Part shown: positions 41,211 through 54,403 of the stretch, piece after piece
Position numbering within the stretch: position 1 is the stretch's first letter
How the letters are laid out: each line of letters begins with the position of its first letter
Source of the DNA: the human T2T-CHM13v2.0 reference genome, Homo sapiens
Assembly: GCF_009914755.1 (NCBI RefSeq)
Contig: NC_060933.1
Direction: 5' to 3' (one strand)
DNA length: 64,000 bases
Translations under genes and position numbers: made by a program
Notes under the pieces: model-generated
The model's database searches: none
Told to the model about the DNA's origin: nothing
What the model saw: only the letters and a program-made list of their open reading frames with translations

Positions 41211-42174
41211 ATACTATCAGCTACTCCTCTTGAAGACTAGTATGCTAAACACTGAATACTCATGGCTAGTGCGCTACTCTCCACTAAACTGAATACTTCT
41301 GTTCCACAAGTTGACTATGTTCCAAAGTTAGCTATGTTTGTTCATAGAGTAAGAGGTACCTTTTAAAAAATTATACTTCCTGATACAAGTACATAGTTTA
41401 ATTAGCTATTATGTAAAAAAGTAAAATATGCCCCTGAAAAGAAGGAATGGTTTTTATAAAAGTTCAATGAAATGTTCTAAAAAAAGGTTTGTATGAAAAC
41501 TTAGAGCATTAATTTTAGGAAACGGTTAAGGAGAACATCCATAAAGATCTAGGTGATTTCTCTATGCTTTGCAAGTATCTTTAATTTAATGTTATGTTTT
41601 AAATATCAAACTCTATGTTATAGGATATGTATTATGATTGTATTTTATATGGGGAAATGATATGGGATTCTAATCAGCAAAATCAAAGAAAAAACTTAGC
41701 CATGTATGATAGCCATTACATTTTTGTTTTCAAATAAAGGCTTGGTTTTTGAAAAAGACATGACATCCTATTATAATTAATGAATCAGTATGTGGCTTCA
41801 GTGTGGTTTCAAAGTTGTATGCGTGTGTGTGTGTATGCTTGTAAATTAAAAGTTTATATTTCTAAGTATAAGTTACTTTTTCACCTATCTGACTGAAGAC
41901 TGCTTCTGATTCAATAACTTACCAGGGTTTTTATTGGACTCTCATTACTAAATCAATCATAAAATAAACAGTTGTGCATTGTTCTTTAGTCCTTAGATTT
42001 TTTTTACACAATGGATATTTTTTTCCACTTTGCTCTTCAATTTTTTTGGGAATATGCTCTTTATTGAATGAACAGTAATATATTTAATGAATACACTATA
42101 CTTTTTAAAGTAATTTCTCCATATTTGGATATTTAAACCTCTAGTTCTGAATTTTCTCTTGGCATTTTCTTTAC

Positions 42175-42419
42175 CTTTGAGGATGAAATGTCTCGAGTTT
42201 TCTGGGCAGTTTTTGGCCTCTTCATCGTCTTTGCATTTTCTAGCTATAAGAAGGAAGTGATCAACAGGCTCTGAATTAACTTTTCCCATTCCTGGGAGAA
42301 TATCCACGGTCTTGCTTCGTGTGGCATTAATCGGCAAATATTTATCATTGCCTATGTTTGCCAAGCAGTTTTCTAGAAACTGATCCCTTGAAAACATATC
42401 TCTTGAGGAATATATCATT
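42175..42419 (-). other. Candidate internal exon (245 nt) with an open reading frame, in apparently non-repetitive DNA
   Basis: Acceptor ...AGTAACTTAGCCACTTTTTTAAAG|A, donor AAG|GTAAAG; frame MIYSSRD...HFILK open throughout; no protein recognised. Confidence 0.35.
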
Positions 42420-42559
42420 CTTTAAAAAAGTGGCTAAGTTACTATGTCTGTGAACTCAGTCCAGAAAGGCCCTTACAAGAGAAAAGAGAGTTGTGAGCTG
42501 ACAGACTTAATGAAATGTGCTTAACGTATAAGTAAATTTGTCTCTGTTTTTACTCATAA

Positions 42560-43389
42560 AATTATCTATAAATTTCCTTATATGTTCCTTTTTACATTTT
42601 ATGATTTTGTGTTGGTTTTTAAAATATATATTATTTAATTAGAATTATTTTAGTATGGAATTCCAGGTATAAATATAAGATTATTTTCGCAATACTTAAC
42701 CAATTATTCCTGTGCCAGCTATCAAATAACCCACACTTTCCTTACAAATATGAATTGACATATTTATCACCCGTCGGTCTGGTTTTAGGTTTTCTATTCT
42801 GCGTTGTTCTCTGCCTGACTATTCCTATGTCTGTATTAAAATATCTTAATAAATGTAGTTTGTTAAAACACCAAGAATTCATGATTATTCTAAAAAATAA
42901 TTAGGATTACATATTAGGTACCCCAAATAATAGTCATTATTATTTTACTATAATCACATTAGTAGAGCAAATTAATTTGAGAGCATTGCTATTTTTGTGC
43001 TATGTGGTCATCATATAAGCATACTTAATATGTTTTTACTTCGTTCCATTTTTCTTCTGTATATTGGAGTAAAATTTTAAATATTTCTTCTTTGGTTCCT
43101 ATCCATATCTTGCTAATGTTATTATATATTAAAATCATTAGAATATGCTTATTTTTACTAAAGTAGCAAAGAAAACTATTGACATCTAAAGATTTATTTT
43201 TACAATGCCTTGTAATTAAACTTTCTGCTCAAATTTCATTCTTTCTCAAGGTATCAGAGCATAATGGAGACAATAGTATTGTTGCTTACTATAGATTCTT
43301 TAGTTTCCTTACTTCCTTGTCTCTTTATTTTCACTCTGTGGTATTTGCTGAAGTTTCAAAAACAGTATGAAATAATACTGTTGTGAAAG
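42560..43389 (-). mobile_element. Highly degraded L1ME-type ORF2 fragment
   Basis: GTCTGGTTTTAGGTTTCTATTCTGCGTTG and AATTTGAGAGCATTGCTATTTTT resemble reverse-strand L1 ORF2. Confidence 0.45.
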
Positions 43390-43762
43390 TGTATTAGTCC
43401 ATTCTTACATTGCTATAAAGAACTACCCGAGACTGGGTAATTTATGAAGAAAAGAGGTTTAATTGACTCACAGTTCTGCAGGCAGTACAGGGGGCATGGC
43501 TAGGAAGGCATCAGCAAACTTATGATGATGGTGGGAGGGCAAAAAGGAAGTAAGCACATGGTGGCAGGAGAGAAAGAGCAAAAGGGAAAGTGCTACACAC
43601 TTTTGAACAACTAGATCTCGTGAGAACTCAGTCACCATAATGAGAACAGCAAGGGGAAAATCCGTCCCCGTGATCCAATCATCTCCCACCAGATTCCTCT
43701 TCCAACATTGGGAATTACAATTCACATCAATTTGGGTGTGGACACAGAGCCAAACCATATCA
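43390..43762 (-). mobile_element. MSTA/THE1D-type MaLR solo LTR
   Basis: TGTATTAGTCCATTCTTACATTGCTATAAAGAACTACCCGAGACTGGG...GAGCCAAACCATATCA. Confidence 0.92.
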
Positions 43763-44377
43763 ACAGGCATAATTTTCTAATTGCTGATATCAGTGGAAAT
43801 ACCTCTACTTTAAGAATGGCAAATTAATTTTTAATTACAATGCCAAATCTAATCTACTAATAGTAGTTACTCTGATAAATGTGTTGTGAGGGTTTCTAAA
43901 GTGAGGTCTAAGCTAAACAGAAAATAATAGCATGGTTAGTTAACAATGTCTGTTATACATATGGAGGTAAAGAAGAAATAAAGTAACACCTATTTGCCAT
44001 CCCTGTTTTAATATTTAACATTAATAACACAATATTTTGGAAGAAAATTTTAACCAGATTCATTAAAAGCTCTGAAATGTTCCAAATATTTCAAACTTTA
44101 AAATAATGTATACTAAAAATATTTTTTGATAGGATAAGAAAGAAAAGTTCTTTATGTTCAAGAAATCACATCACAATGTTATCATTACCCTTTTACACAG
44201 TATAGCCAAGGGTGATGATCTCAGAGCAACTCAGAGCAAATCTTTGACCTAATGACCTGGCTCATCCAGGCTTGTGTCTCTGAGGTTCAAAATATCCCGT
44301 GGAAGTAAGAAGCATTATTCATGTTTGAATTTTACTTTAATCCTGAAAATGTTCACCACCATAGAGAAAATGATATA

Positions 44378-44945
44378 CAGTCATGCATCACTTAACACTG
44401 GGGACATATTCTGAGAAACATATTGTTAGGCAGTTTTTTCATTATTCAAACATCATAGAGTATATGTAAATAAACCCAGATGATATAACCTACTACACAC
44501 CTAGGCTGTATATTATAGCCTGTTTCTCCCGGGCTACAAACCTGTATAGCATGTTACTGTACTGAATTCTGCAAGCAATTGTAACACAATGCCAAATTAC
44601 ACAGTAAAACTACAGTATAAAAGATAAAAAATAGTACACCTCTGTAGGAACATACATAAATGGAGCTTGCAAGACTGGAAGTCGTTCTGGGTAAGTCAGT
44701 GAGTGGGTGGCAAATGAAAGTGAAGGTCAAGGGCATGAGTGTATACTAGTCTGGACTATTTAACCACTGTTCACTTGGGCTACTCTATAAAAAACACGAA
44801 TGTATTCTTCACGAATATATTAACCTTTACGTATTGTAACTTTTTTTACTTTCTAAACTTTTTAATTTTTTTAGCTTTCGACCCTTTTGAAATAACATTT
44901 AGCTTAAAACACACACACATTTTATAGCTCTTTAAAAATATTTTC
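44378..44945 (+). mobile_element. Tigger3 (Tigger3b-like) DNA transposon, left part only
   Basis: TA then CAGTCATGCATCACTTAAC TIR; GGCTACAAACCTGTATAGCATGTTACTGTACTGAA. Confidence 0.85.
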
Positions 44946-44948
44946 TGC

Positions 44949-45246
<298 letters not shown>

Positions 45247-45248
45247 GA

Positions 45249-45341
45249 ATATATCTATATATATATATATATGTATACACACACACATATCTATATATTC
45301 CATATACATATATATGTGTATATACATATATATATATATAT
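45249..45341. repeat. (TA)n/(CA)n microsatellite
   Basis: Direct inspection. Confidence 0.9.
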
Positions 45342-45499
45342 TCCACAGCTGAGTGAAACATCATCACTATGAGGCTCATAACTGTATAATATCTAGGTTG
45401 ATTTAGGGTCAGGGAAGGGTGTTGATGTAACTTCAAAAATAAAATATAAATTCAGGAACTTCATTTATCATCTCAGCAGATAAGAAGTGAGAAAAAACC

Positions 45500-47960
45500 A
45501 TATTATCTATTTTTGTATAACCACCTACCGTTAAACTTAGTGGCTTAATACATCATTCATTTCATCATCTATCAGGATTCTGTTGTTTGATAGGATCAGC
45601 TTGGTCAGTTCTTTTGGTGGCCTCACTTGAAGTCTTTTAAACAGTTGCCTATAGGCTTCAGCTGATGATGTCGTTATCTTGGGGCTCAAATGAGACACTG
45701 AAATGTTTGGGTCTCTCCTCCTAGATAATTGCAGTACCTCTACTTTTCACATGTTGTTTGCATGGGCCTTCGCACATGGTGTCTCTAGTAGGGTAGCTAG
45801 ACTTTGCATATGGACAGTAAGTTTCCAAAATCAAAAGACCCAAGACAGATGAAACAGAAGCTGCTAGTCCTCTTAAAGGCAAAGACTGGCATTATGCCAA
45901 TTCCACCATATTCTAGTGGTCACTGCAAGCCACAGATCATTTTTGGAGATTAGCTACCACAGTTCACCTTTTAGTCCCCAGAGATTCCTAACCTGCTCAG
46001 ATAAAAAATATTCAGACCCAAGAACCCCACATGCCTCATTCTACTGTGGCATCAGGCTCAGTCAAGAAGCTCAGAACATCTTCATTTATTTACTTTAATT
46101 TATTAATATAGTTTTTAATTGACAAATTATAATTGTATACATTTATGGGGTACAATGTGATGCATTGTTATATGTATACAATGTGAAATTATTCAATCAA
46201 GCTAATTAATATGTCCATCACCTTATTATTTTTTGTGATGAGACATTTGAAATTTACTCTCTTAGTTATTTTGAAAAGCACAATGCAGTCTTATTGACTA
46301 TAGTCACCACGTGCAATGGACCTCAAAACTTATTTTTCCTGTCTAACAAACTTTGTACCCTTTGACCAACTCCCCATTACTTTCTTTTCCCCACCTCCAG
46401 CCTCGGGTAACTCTCATTCTAATTTCTACTTCTATGAGTTCAACATTTTAAATTCCACATATAAGTGAGGTCACATAATATTTGTCTTTCTGTGCCTGGC
46501 TTATTTCACTTGGCATAATGTTTTCCAGTTTTATCCAAGTTGTCATAAATGACAGGAGTTCCTTCCTTTTTAAGGATGAATAGAGTCTGAGTGTGTGTGT
46601 GTGTATGCGTGTGTATATGTATGTGTGTGTATATATATATATACCTTTTGATCCATTCGTCTGTTGATGGACACTTAGGTTGATTATATATCTTGTGACT
46701 AATGCTGTAATGAACATGGAATTGCACATATACTTTCAACATACTGATTTCATACGTACCCAGAAGTGCGATTGCTAGATCACGTGGTAGTTCTAACTTT
46801 ATCCTTTTGAGAAACTTTCATATTGTTTTCCATAATGGCTGTACTAATTTACATTTTCCACCAAGAGTAGTACATTTTTATATAAATGAGTTCAAGGTGT
46901 AAATGAGGTTTCCTGGGTAGTTAGAGCTCCTCCTGATCTGAAGACTTATGAACTAGAATGACAAGTTATCTGTCCCCTGAATACACAACATAAAATTATG
47001 AAACAAGTACAGGAGAACTGAATAAACAATAACAACAAGTGAGATGTAAAAATGAGAGGAATATAGCAGAGCCTGGTCCACTGCAATGCTAAAATCCAGC
47101 CAGGGTGACAATTGCCACTGTTCCATTGATTGGTCTCCAGTTTTATTCCCTGGTTCTCCTCAACAAAGCGCTGCCTACTGGGCTCTAAACTTCCATTTTC
47201 CATTAAAAAAAAAAAGGTCCATTTAGTTTCCTAGGCTGGTTCCTGCCTATAGAAAGTTGGAGGCTCAAAGATTTCTCTGCATTCTGAACTTTCTGCCCTC
47301 ATTTTCAAGCTGTATACATTTCTTTGAAGGATTTCAAACTTTCTGTGTATCAAATTATAATTCACTTCATTAAAGAGAAGCCGTGCCCACCAATCTATCT
47401 GAGAGAAGTCTCTCTATCTTGAGCTAAGGGTCAAGTTGCTAAAGGATAACACTTTAAAGACTTTTAGAAGCTCTTTTATCTAGAAGAGAGGGTCTAAGGC
47501 CATGCTCATAAAATTCCTTAAAAAATTTGTCTCTAGCTGAGAGGATTTATGAAGCACCATCTTAAATCTTTCTGAGGTCTTACAAAAGAGCACTACAGCC
47601 ACACCTTTGGGATATTAAACCTGATACCATATTTTACCGGCAGAGCTACTATGACTTTGATATTTTGCCTTAGATTATTTCTTTTGTTGAGATATGTGTG
47701 AAATAGTTTTATTCTCAAACCCAGCAGGTCCTTACTTGGAAATGTATTTTCTAGTTTCTACTGAAAACTGAAGTGTTTCTTATTAGTTTATTTCCCTATA
47801 TCAGATGACAGGCAGGTGATAGCTAGACACCTCATAGAAACCAGTTGACACTTTCAAAATTCTGCCTAGATATTTTCTTACCCAAATTCTTAATTCAGTT
47901 GGGTATTTTTTTTAATTTTCCACATTACTATAGGTATCAGTGCTGTCTAACACTTTTTTC
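45500..47960 (-). mobile_element. Old MLT1 LTR (~45500-45961) plus MLT1 internal relic, split by an L1MA
   Basis: AAACTTAGTGGCTTAATACA LTR motif, terminus CTACCACA at 45961, then MaLR-internal-like sequence; limits approximate. Confidence 0.55.
46085..46866 (-). mobile_element. L1MA (MA4-9-like) 3' end with an internal (TG)n(TA)n repeat
   Basis: TTTAATTGACAAATTATAATTGTATACATTTATGGGGTACAATGTG; ORF2 C-terminal relic (WIKLENIMPSEISQAQKDKY). Confidence 0.85.
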
Positions 47961-48149
47961 CAGCTTGGAAGCAATGGGGAAGTGATATGGGAAGTGCTGA
48001 TCAGAAAGAACAGCAGCCCATAGAGGACAATTCACTTAGCAGAAGCCATTGAATGTCTTCGTTCAAAAAGCACTTCCTAACTTTTTCACATCCAGAGAAA
48101 GGGTTGCCTGTACTAGCAAAGGAGGGTCAACACAATGGAAGGGTTCAGA

Positions 48150-48298
48150 GTCCTAAGCTTGAAATGTTATCAACACATAGAAATGATAATTACTGAAAGA
48201 GATAGATACACTGACTTGATCATAACACACTCTATGCATGTAAAAAATACACGTACTCCATAAATACATAAAACATTATATATCAACAGAATAAAAGA
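48150..48298 (+). mobile_element. L1MA-type 3' terminal fragment
   Basis: TCAACACATAGAAATGATAAT..CTGACTTGATCATAACACACTCTATGCATGTAA. Confidence 0.65.
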
Positions 48299-49121
48299 AT
48301 GTATTTTAAAAATTGCCCAAATGACTCTATTATAGCAAGTTTCCAGGGCTTGTTCCCAGTCAATACCTTAGCTTGTACATTATCCTCTGCAAGATTATGA
48401 ATATAATTTGTGGAATAATTCAACGACCTGTAGAAGTTTGTGACTGGAGTTTGTATTTAGTCTTTAGAAAGTCACTTCTGTTGCAATATCAGACAATGGT
48501 TTCTTTCAGGGCAGTTATAGAAGCTTTTGGATCCTTACCAAAGTCTGAGGAGAATTAAAAGCCTTATGCTTTCATTTAATTTCTCCAAGTTCTTCAGTGT
48601 ACCTAATTGGAAGTAATCTATTATATGCCATATATTCAATTATGTCATTATTTTCACTGCTGCAGCATTTTTTTGGTCACCTAATTCTATAGGCAATTGC
48701 AACCTCTTCATAGTGAAAGCCTCCATAATTTCACATCCAAGCATTTGAACATGTGCTTTGCATTGCTGTTGGCCACAATGCACAAAAGTTGGTAAGAAAA
48801 ATTGAACATGGCAAAGGCAAAAACTAGGACAAACTGGAAACTACTGGCACATCTCATTGCCTCTAAAAATGATGCATTCCAAGTCTAGTGTCTATTGCTT
48901 CATTTACACATCTCAAATCTCATACAACTTTCTTCCTTTTTCTTTTCCTCTTTCTTTATTTTTGGCTAATATTAACTTAGAATGAAGGAGAAAGAACAGA
49001 GCTTCTCAGAAATGCAATTTCAGCTGAGATTAATGTGCTTTCAAAACCACTGCAGTGGATCCATTTAGACAAGTACTAACTTAGCCAAGTTGTCACAGAC
49101 AGGACTGTCATACTTTTATGA

Positions 49122-49411
<290 letters not shown>

Positions 49412-49749
49412 TTTATGAGCCTTTTAGGTCCTCAATGTTTGTTAAAATTTATCAACCTTGTTTTCACATTATCATAAAATTTCTTTTAAACAAAATGAAC
49501 AAAAAATATCCATAGTTATTTTCAGGATGTTAAAGAATTAGAAAGATTAAAAGGAAAAAGCCGTTCACCATTCAGGTGACAGGCCTGGAAGACATGGAAT
49601 CAAGAGTTTGAGAAATGGCGGTAATAAACATTATGAATGGAATCTACAGCAAAGTTAGAAAGGATGATAAGGAGGTGCTGGGATTTGAGTGTGGAGCCCT
49701 AAGACATGGCAGTACCATAAATGAAGAGGTTTTGTGGTCTGTGGCAATG

Positions 49750-49808
49750 ATGGTGGTGGTGGGGGTGTGTATGTGTGTGTTGGTGAGTGAGTGTGTGTGT
49801 ATGTGTGT
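49750..49808. repeat. Imperfect (TG)n
   Basis: Direct inspection. Confidence 0.85.
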
Positions 49809-50739
49809 CTAGTATGCAATATGAAACTGTTTCTTGAGTCGTTCTTGAATCTGAGTCTTTGCAGTGTGTCAATGAGAGATTTTTAAAAAAGAGTGCTTTG
49901 TACGTAGCCTCATATAGAATCTATTCATGCCAACAACTTATTAAATTTTAAGCCTTAGGTTTTAGAAAAATAGTTTTATGTTATTTTTGAGGTTTGCAAT
50001 TCTATGAAAAATTTAAAATAAAAACAAAATGAAATTGCTCTGTTATCAAAGTGAATACCTTTGAATGACTACCCAAGATAGTTTAATGTATAAAATGAGT
50101 ATTATGAGGTCTTCTTAGGAAAAGCACTAGATAGCTGACGGAGGAGCCAGAAAAAGTAAAAGAGTTAATAATTAATTTTACCTAGCCATGCTTATAACCT
50201 GTTAGAACTTAAAGTCTTGCAGATTCGGAGATGGTGAAAGATTGTATAAAAAATCACGGGCACAGGAAAGCCACAGTGAAATCAGATGCTAAAAAGCATT
50301 GTAGTGAACAAATATATCTCAAAAAGAGGGCATTGCCTTTACCTTTTGTAGTGTGTTGCAATCTCTCACATGATTTCGAACAGGTGATGAGAGACAGGAA
50401 AAAAAAAATGTGCTTTTGTTGCTTGCAAGTCAGCTTTCTCTCCATTAGTTTTTTTCCCAGGTGCACATATGAACTTTACATCAGGTCAGTGTTCAGTTAA
50501 GGCAAGAGCTTCTAGTTATAGTGATGGCGTGATTCACCCTTTAATGCAACTTTTAATGAACAACTACAGGGATTTTTCTGGGAAAGCTGGACTAAAGGAA
50601 AGCTAGTCACAGAGAGTACTGGTAAGCCTTATTAGTCGGGATAACAGTTTTACATAAGTAAAGATATATAAACAGGTATTGATCTTACAACTATAGCTCT
50701 GTTTTTTGTTGCTTGCTTTTTGCAACAAACATGATTGTT

Positions 50740-50943
50740 CCTCTGTGCAAATGAGCCCCTGTTGTCTCTCTCTCTTCTTATAAGGGTATCAATCATATTG
50801 GATTAGGGCCCCACTTTCAATGTTTCATTTTAACTCAGTAACCTTTTTTAAAGACCCTATCTCCAAATATACTTAGGTATTTGAGGTACTGGGAATTGGG
50901 ACTTAACATAGGAATTTTGGAAGATGCATTTAAACCCATAAGA
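50740..50943 (-). mobile_element. MLT1A/B/C-type LTR fragment
   Basis: CTTCTTATAAGG..CATATTGGATTAGGGCCC..AAAGACCCTATCTCCAAATA..TGAGGTACTGGG. Confidence 0.8.
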
Positions 50944-52399
50944 AACTTTTAAAATTAGAAACATGAGGTCAGTGCATGTAGCTTTTTTTTTTTTTTTTGC
51001 AAATACCTTGATGAAATCATGTATGCATATTCAAATAAATTATTAAAATTATGCTTCACCCAGCTTTCATGATGCGTATTTTGTTTTTGAGTCTCACAAT
51101 AGCATGGGATTCTTGTTAGTATCATTATTTTTAATAAGATGGAAAAGATCAAAGAGATTAAGTGAATTGCCTTTTTCATTAAGGGAGGAAGTGGAATGCC
51201 AGGATTTGACCCTTGTTTTGCTGACTTTAGTACTCTTCTGACTTTACCAACCTCTGGATTTTATTCAGGATATGTTAAGAACTTGTGAATCAACATCAGG
51301 AATTGGCAGATGGTACCGAGCTATATACATTATTCAGTTTAATTACATTTAATTGGAATGATCAAGATGGGCATGTGCAGGAACATAGATAATATGTATT
51401 TAAAAGCTCACTACGCTTATTAATGTGAGATTTGAATAGTCCATTAAATGGTATTTTTCAAAACCTTAATTTCTTATAAGCTCTTCTTAGAAGTTTTCTT
51501 TAATTAGAAACTTGATTACAAAATTGAATTTCTACAAATGCACAGTGTGTACCCAATTCTAGTTTAGTGTTTATCGTAAAAGATGCACATAATATAGTTT
51601 TAAAATTAAACTGCCAAAAGTAGCCCTCTATCTTTAAAAATTATAAGCTATGAATTAAACTAGTTATCTAAAAGGAATACAAATCACATTGGCTTTCATG
51701 GATTGTTAACATGTGATGTGGCATTGAATTATTGCCATGGTGAACATATTAAATGAAATTCCCAAAACCTATGAGGTCCCTTAACTGAAGTTATATACAT
51801 TCATCAAGTTAAATTGAAAAATAAAAATAAAAGAGGAAAATTTCTTAGTCACTCCTTAGTAATGGAACCAAATAGGACTCCTGAACATTGACTTCCAGGT
51901 TTTGTCACACAAAGGCAGAAGCAACTATTCTACAGTTTCTACCTTATGCTTGTGATCCTCATTCTTGTTTGATTTTCCTAGGTTTGTTGCAATTGTATCT
52001 CTCAAACCCACCCTTTTAGTTAGGTTACTTGTTCTAACACTCTCCCTGTCTTTGTCTTTGATTCCGTTTGGTACATTTTTCCCAACCTACCACAGACAAT
52101 GGGCACATCACACTTTATCCCAGTGCTTAGCACATGGCACAGATCACTGCATTCTAACTTAGGTCCAGTGGCTGAGTAATTGAAAGCTGCAATTCTTTAA
52201 GTGTCTATGGTTTACTGGGCAACAAACTAGGTGATTTATATCAATTTATTCCTTTAAACAACCAAAGAGGGGAAATTCAGTATTTATAATTTGACTATTA
52301 TTTTCAGAAAGTTGAGAAACAGATCATTTAAGAAGCTTGTTCAAGCCATTTACATAGCTAAACTAATAACTTTATCTGTACATTGAAATGTCGTCAAAG

Positions 52400-52600
52400 G
52401 AACATTGACATTGTAGAAAAGTAGAGCTTCATTGACATATTAGGTCTGTCATTTACCATTGAAATCTTAGTTTACTCATCTTTAAAATGAAAAGATAAAT
52501 GATGTCTATTATAGAATATTGTAAGAATTAAGTGGAGAAAATAGGCAAAGTTCTTATAATATTATTTGGAACAAGGTATATCATCAATCATGATAGCTTT
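52400..52600 (+). mobile_element. MIR fragment
   Basis: CTTAGTTTACTCATCTTTAAAATG..ATTGTAAGAATTAAGTGGAG, MIR-core-like. Confidence 0.5.
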
Positions 52601-53186
52601 TGCACTTTTATGATTGCACTATTATCCCACCATTTAGCACTGCTGAATTACTCCAAGAATAAATAGGGTTGCCCTGGGATAATAGCAGCTGCCTAAATCT
52701 GAATTTCTCCATGTCTTCCCAGATATGCATAATATAAATAAAATAAAAAAAGAAATATGAAATAAAAATGCATATGCTTTACAGTTTAGCAACAGCAGGA
52801 TGCAAAGATTTTAGCAATTAAAATTATTTACAGAGAAAGAAACACAAAATTTCGGCAGTGCATCCTGTGGGTGCAAAGAATGACAGAGAAGGGTCTTAGA
52901 GACTCTGCAAAAGAGGCAAGGGGAATGAAGGACTTAGACAAAGTACAGGTAAAGTCACCAACAGAAAGGCTAAAACTAACTTCCAAACACTTGGACACAC
53001 ATCTGGGACTTCATAGTTCACAATGCTGTTAGGTTGGTGCAAACGTAATTGCAGTTTTTGCCATTTGATATTGGAATACATTCTTAAATAAATGTGGTTA
53101 TGTTATACATCATTTTAATGCGCATTTCTTGCTTTTTTTTGCTAATGACTTATTACTTGCTGTTTATTTTATATTTATTTTAGACT

Positions 53187-54403
53187 ATGGAAATGATGTT
53201 AGACAAAAAGTAATTTTGAGCGATTTTCTTATTTGAGTTCAAAAGGGGTCATAAAGCAGTGGAGACAATATGCAACACCAACAATGCATTTGGCCCAGGA
53301 ACTGCTAACAAACTTACAGTACAGTGGTGGTTCAAGAAGTTTTGCAAAGGAGACGAGAGCCTTGAAGAGGAGTGTAGTGGCTGCCATCGAAGGTTGACAA
53401 TGACCAATTGAGAGCAATCATCAAAGCTGATCCTTTTACAACTACACAAGAAATTGCCCAAGGACTCAATGTCCACCATTCTATGTTCGTTCGGCATTTG
53501 AAGCAAATTGGAACGGTGAAAAAGCTTGATAAATGAGTGTCTCATGAGCTGAGTGAAAATTAAAAAAAAAAAAATGTTGTTTTGAAGCGCCGTTTTCTCT
53601 TATTCCACTCAATAACAACGAACCATTTCTCAATCAGACAGACATGGGAGGAAAAGTGGATTTTGGGAGGGCGGGATATGAGGGAGAGGATTAGGGCAAA
53701 GAGCTAATGCATGCTGGGCTTAATACCTAGGTGATGGGTTGATAGGTGCAAACCACCATGGCACACGTTTACCTATGTAACAAACTGTGTAAGAAACCTG
53801 CACATCGTGCCCAAGTCCCCCAGAACTAAAAAATAAAGATAAAAAGAGAAAAGAAAATTAGATTTTATACAACAACCGGCAATGACCAGCTCAGTGGTTC
53901 GAACAAGAAGCTCCAAAGCACTCTCCAAAGCCAAAGTTGCACCAAAAAAAAGGTCACAGTCACTGTTTCGTGGTCTATTGCTGGTTTGATCCACTACAGC
54001 TTTCTGAATCCCAGTGAAAGCATTACCTCTGAGAAGTATGCTCAGCAAATCAATGAGGTGCACCAAAAACTGCAATGTCTGCAGCCGGCATTGGTCAGCA
54101 GAGAGGGCCCAATTCTCCACGATAACACCCAACTGCACATCTCACAACCGACCCTTCAAACATTGAACGGATTGGGCTATGAAGTTTTGCCTCATCTGCC
54201 ATATTCACGTGACCTCTTACCAACCTGCTAGCATCTTCAGCCATCTTGACAGGGAAAACCCTTCCACAACCAGCAGGATGCTGAAAATGCTTTCCAAGAG
54301 TTCGTCGAAGCCTGAAGCATGGATTTTTATGCTACAGAAATAAACAAACTTATTTCTCATTGATGAAAAATGTGTTGATTGTAAAGGTTCTCACTTTGAT
54401 TAA
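53187..54403 (+). pseudogene. Hsmar1 transposase pseudogene (stops, frameshifts, L1 insertion)
   Basis: ATG MEMMLDKK then TAA; later fragment IHYSFLNPSESITSEKYAQQI...HDN...GYEVLPHLPYSRDL matches mariner HDN and YSPDL motifs. Confidence 0.95.
53665..53852 (+). mobile_element. Short L1PA (about L1PA10-13) 3' end inserted in Hsmar1
   Basis: AGCTAATGCATGCTGGGCTTAATACCTAGGTGATGGGTTGATAGGTGC; TSD GAAAAGTGGATTTT 53651-53664 / GAAAATTAGATTTT 53853-53866. Confidence 0.9.

Noticed and set aside
53986-54231. Possible SETMAR exon or functional transposase
   Set aside because: Early stop, frameshifts, L1 insertion and both ITRs present; a dead Hsmar1 copy, not the SETMAR locus
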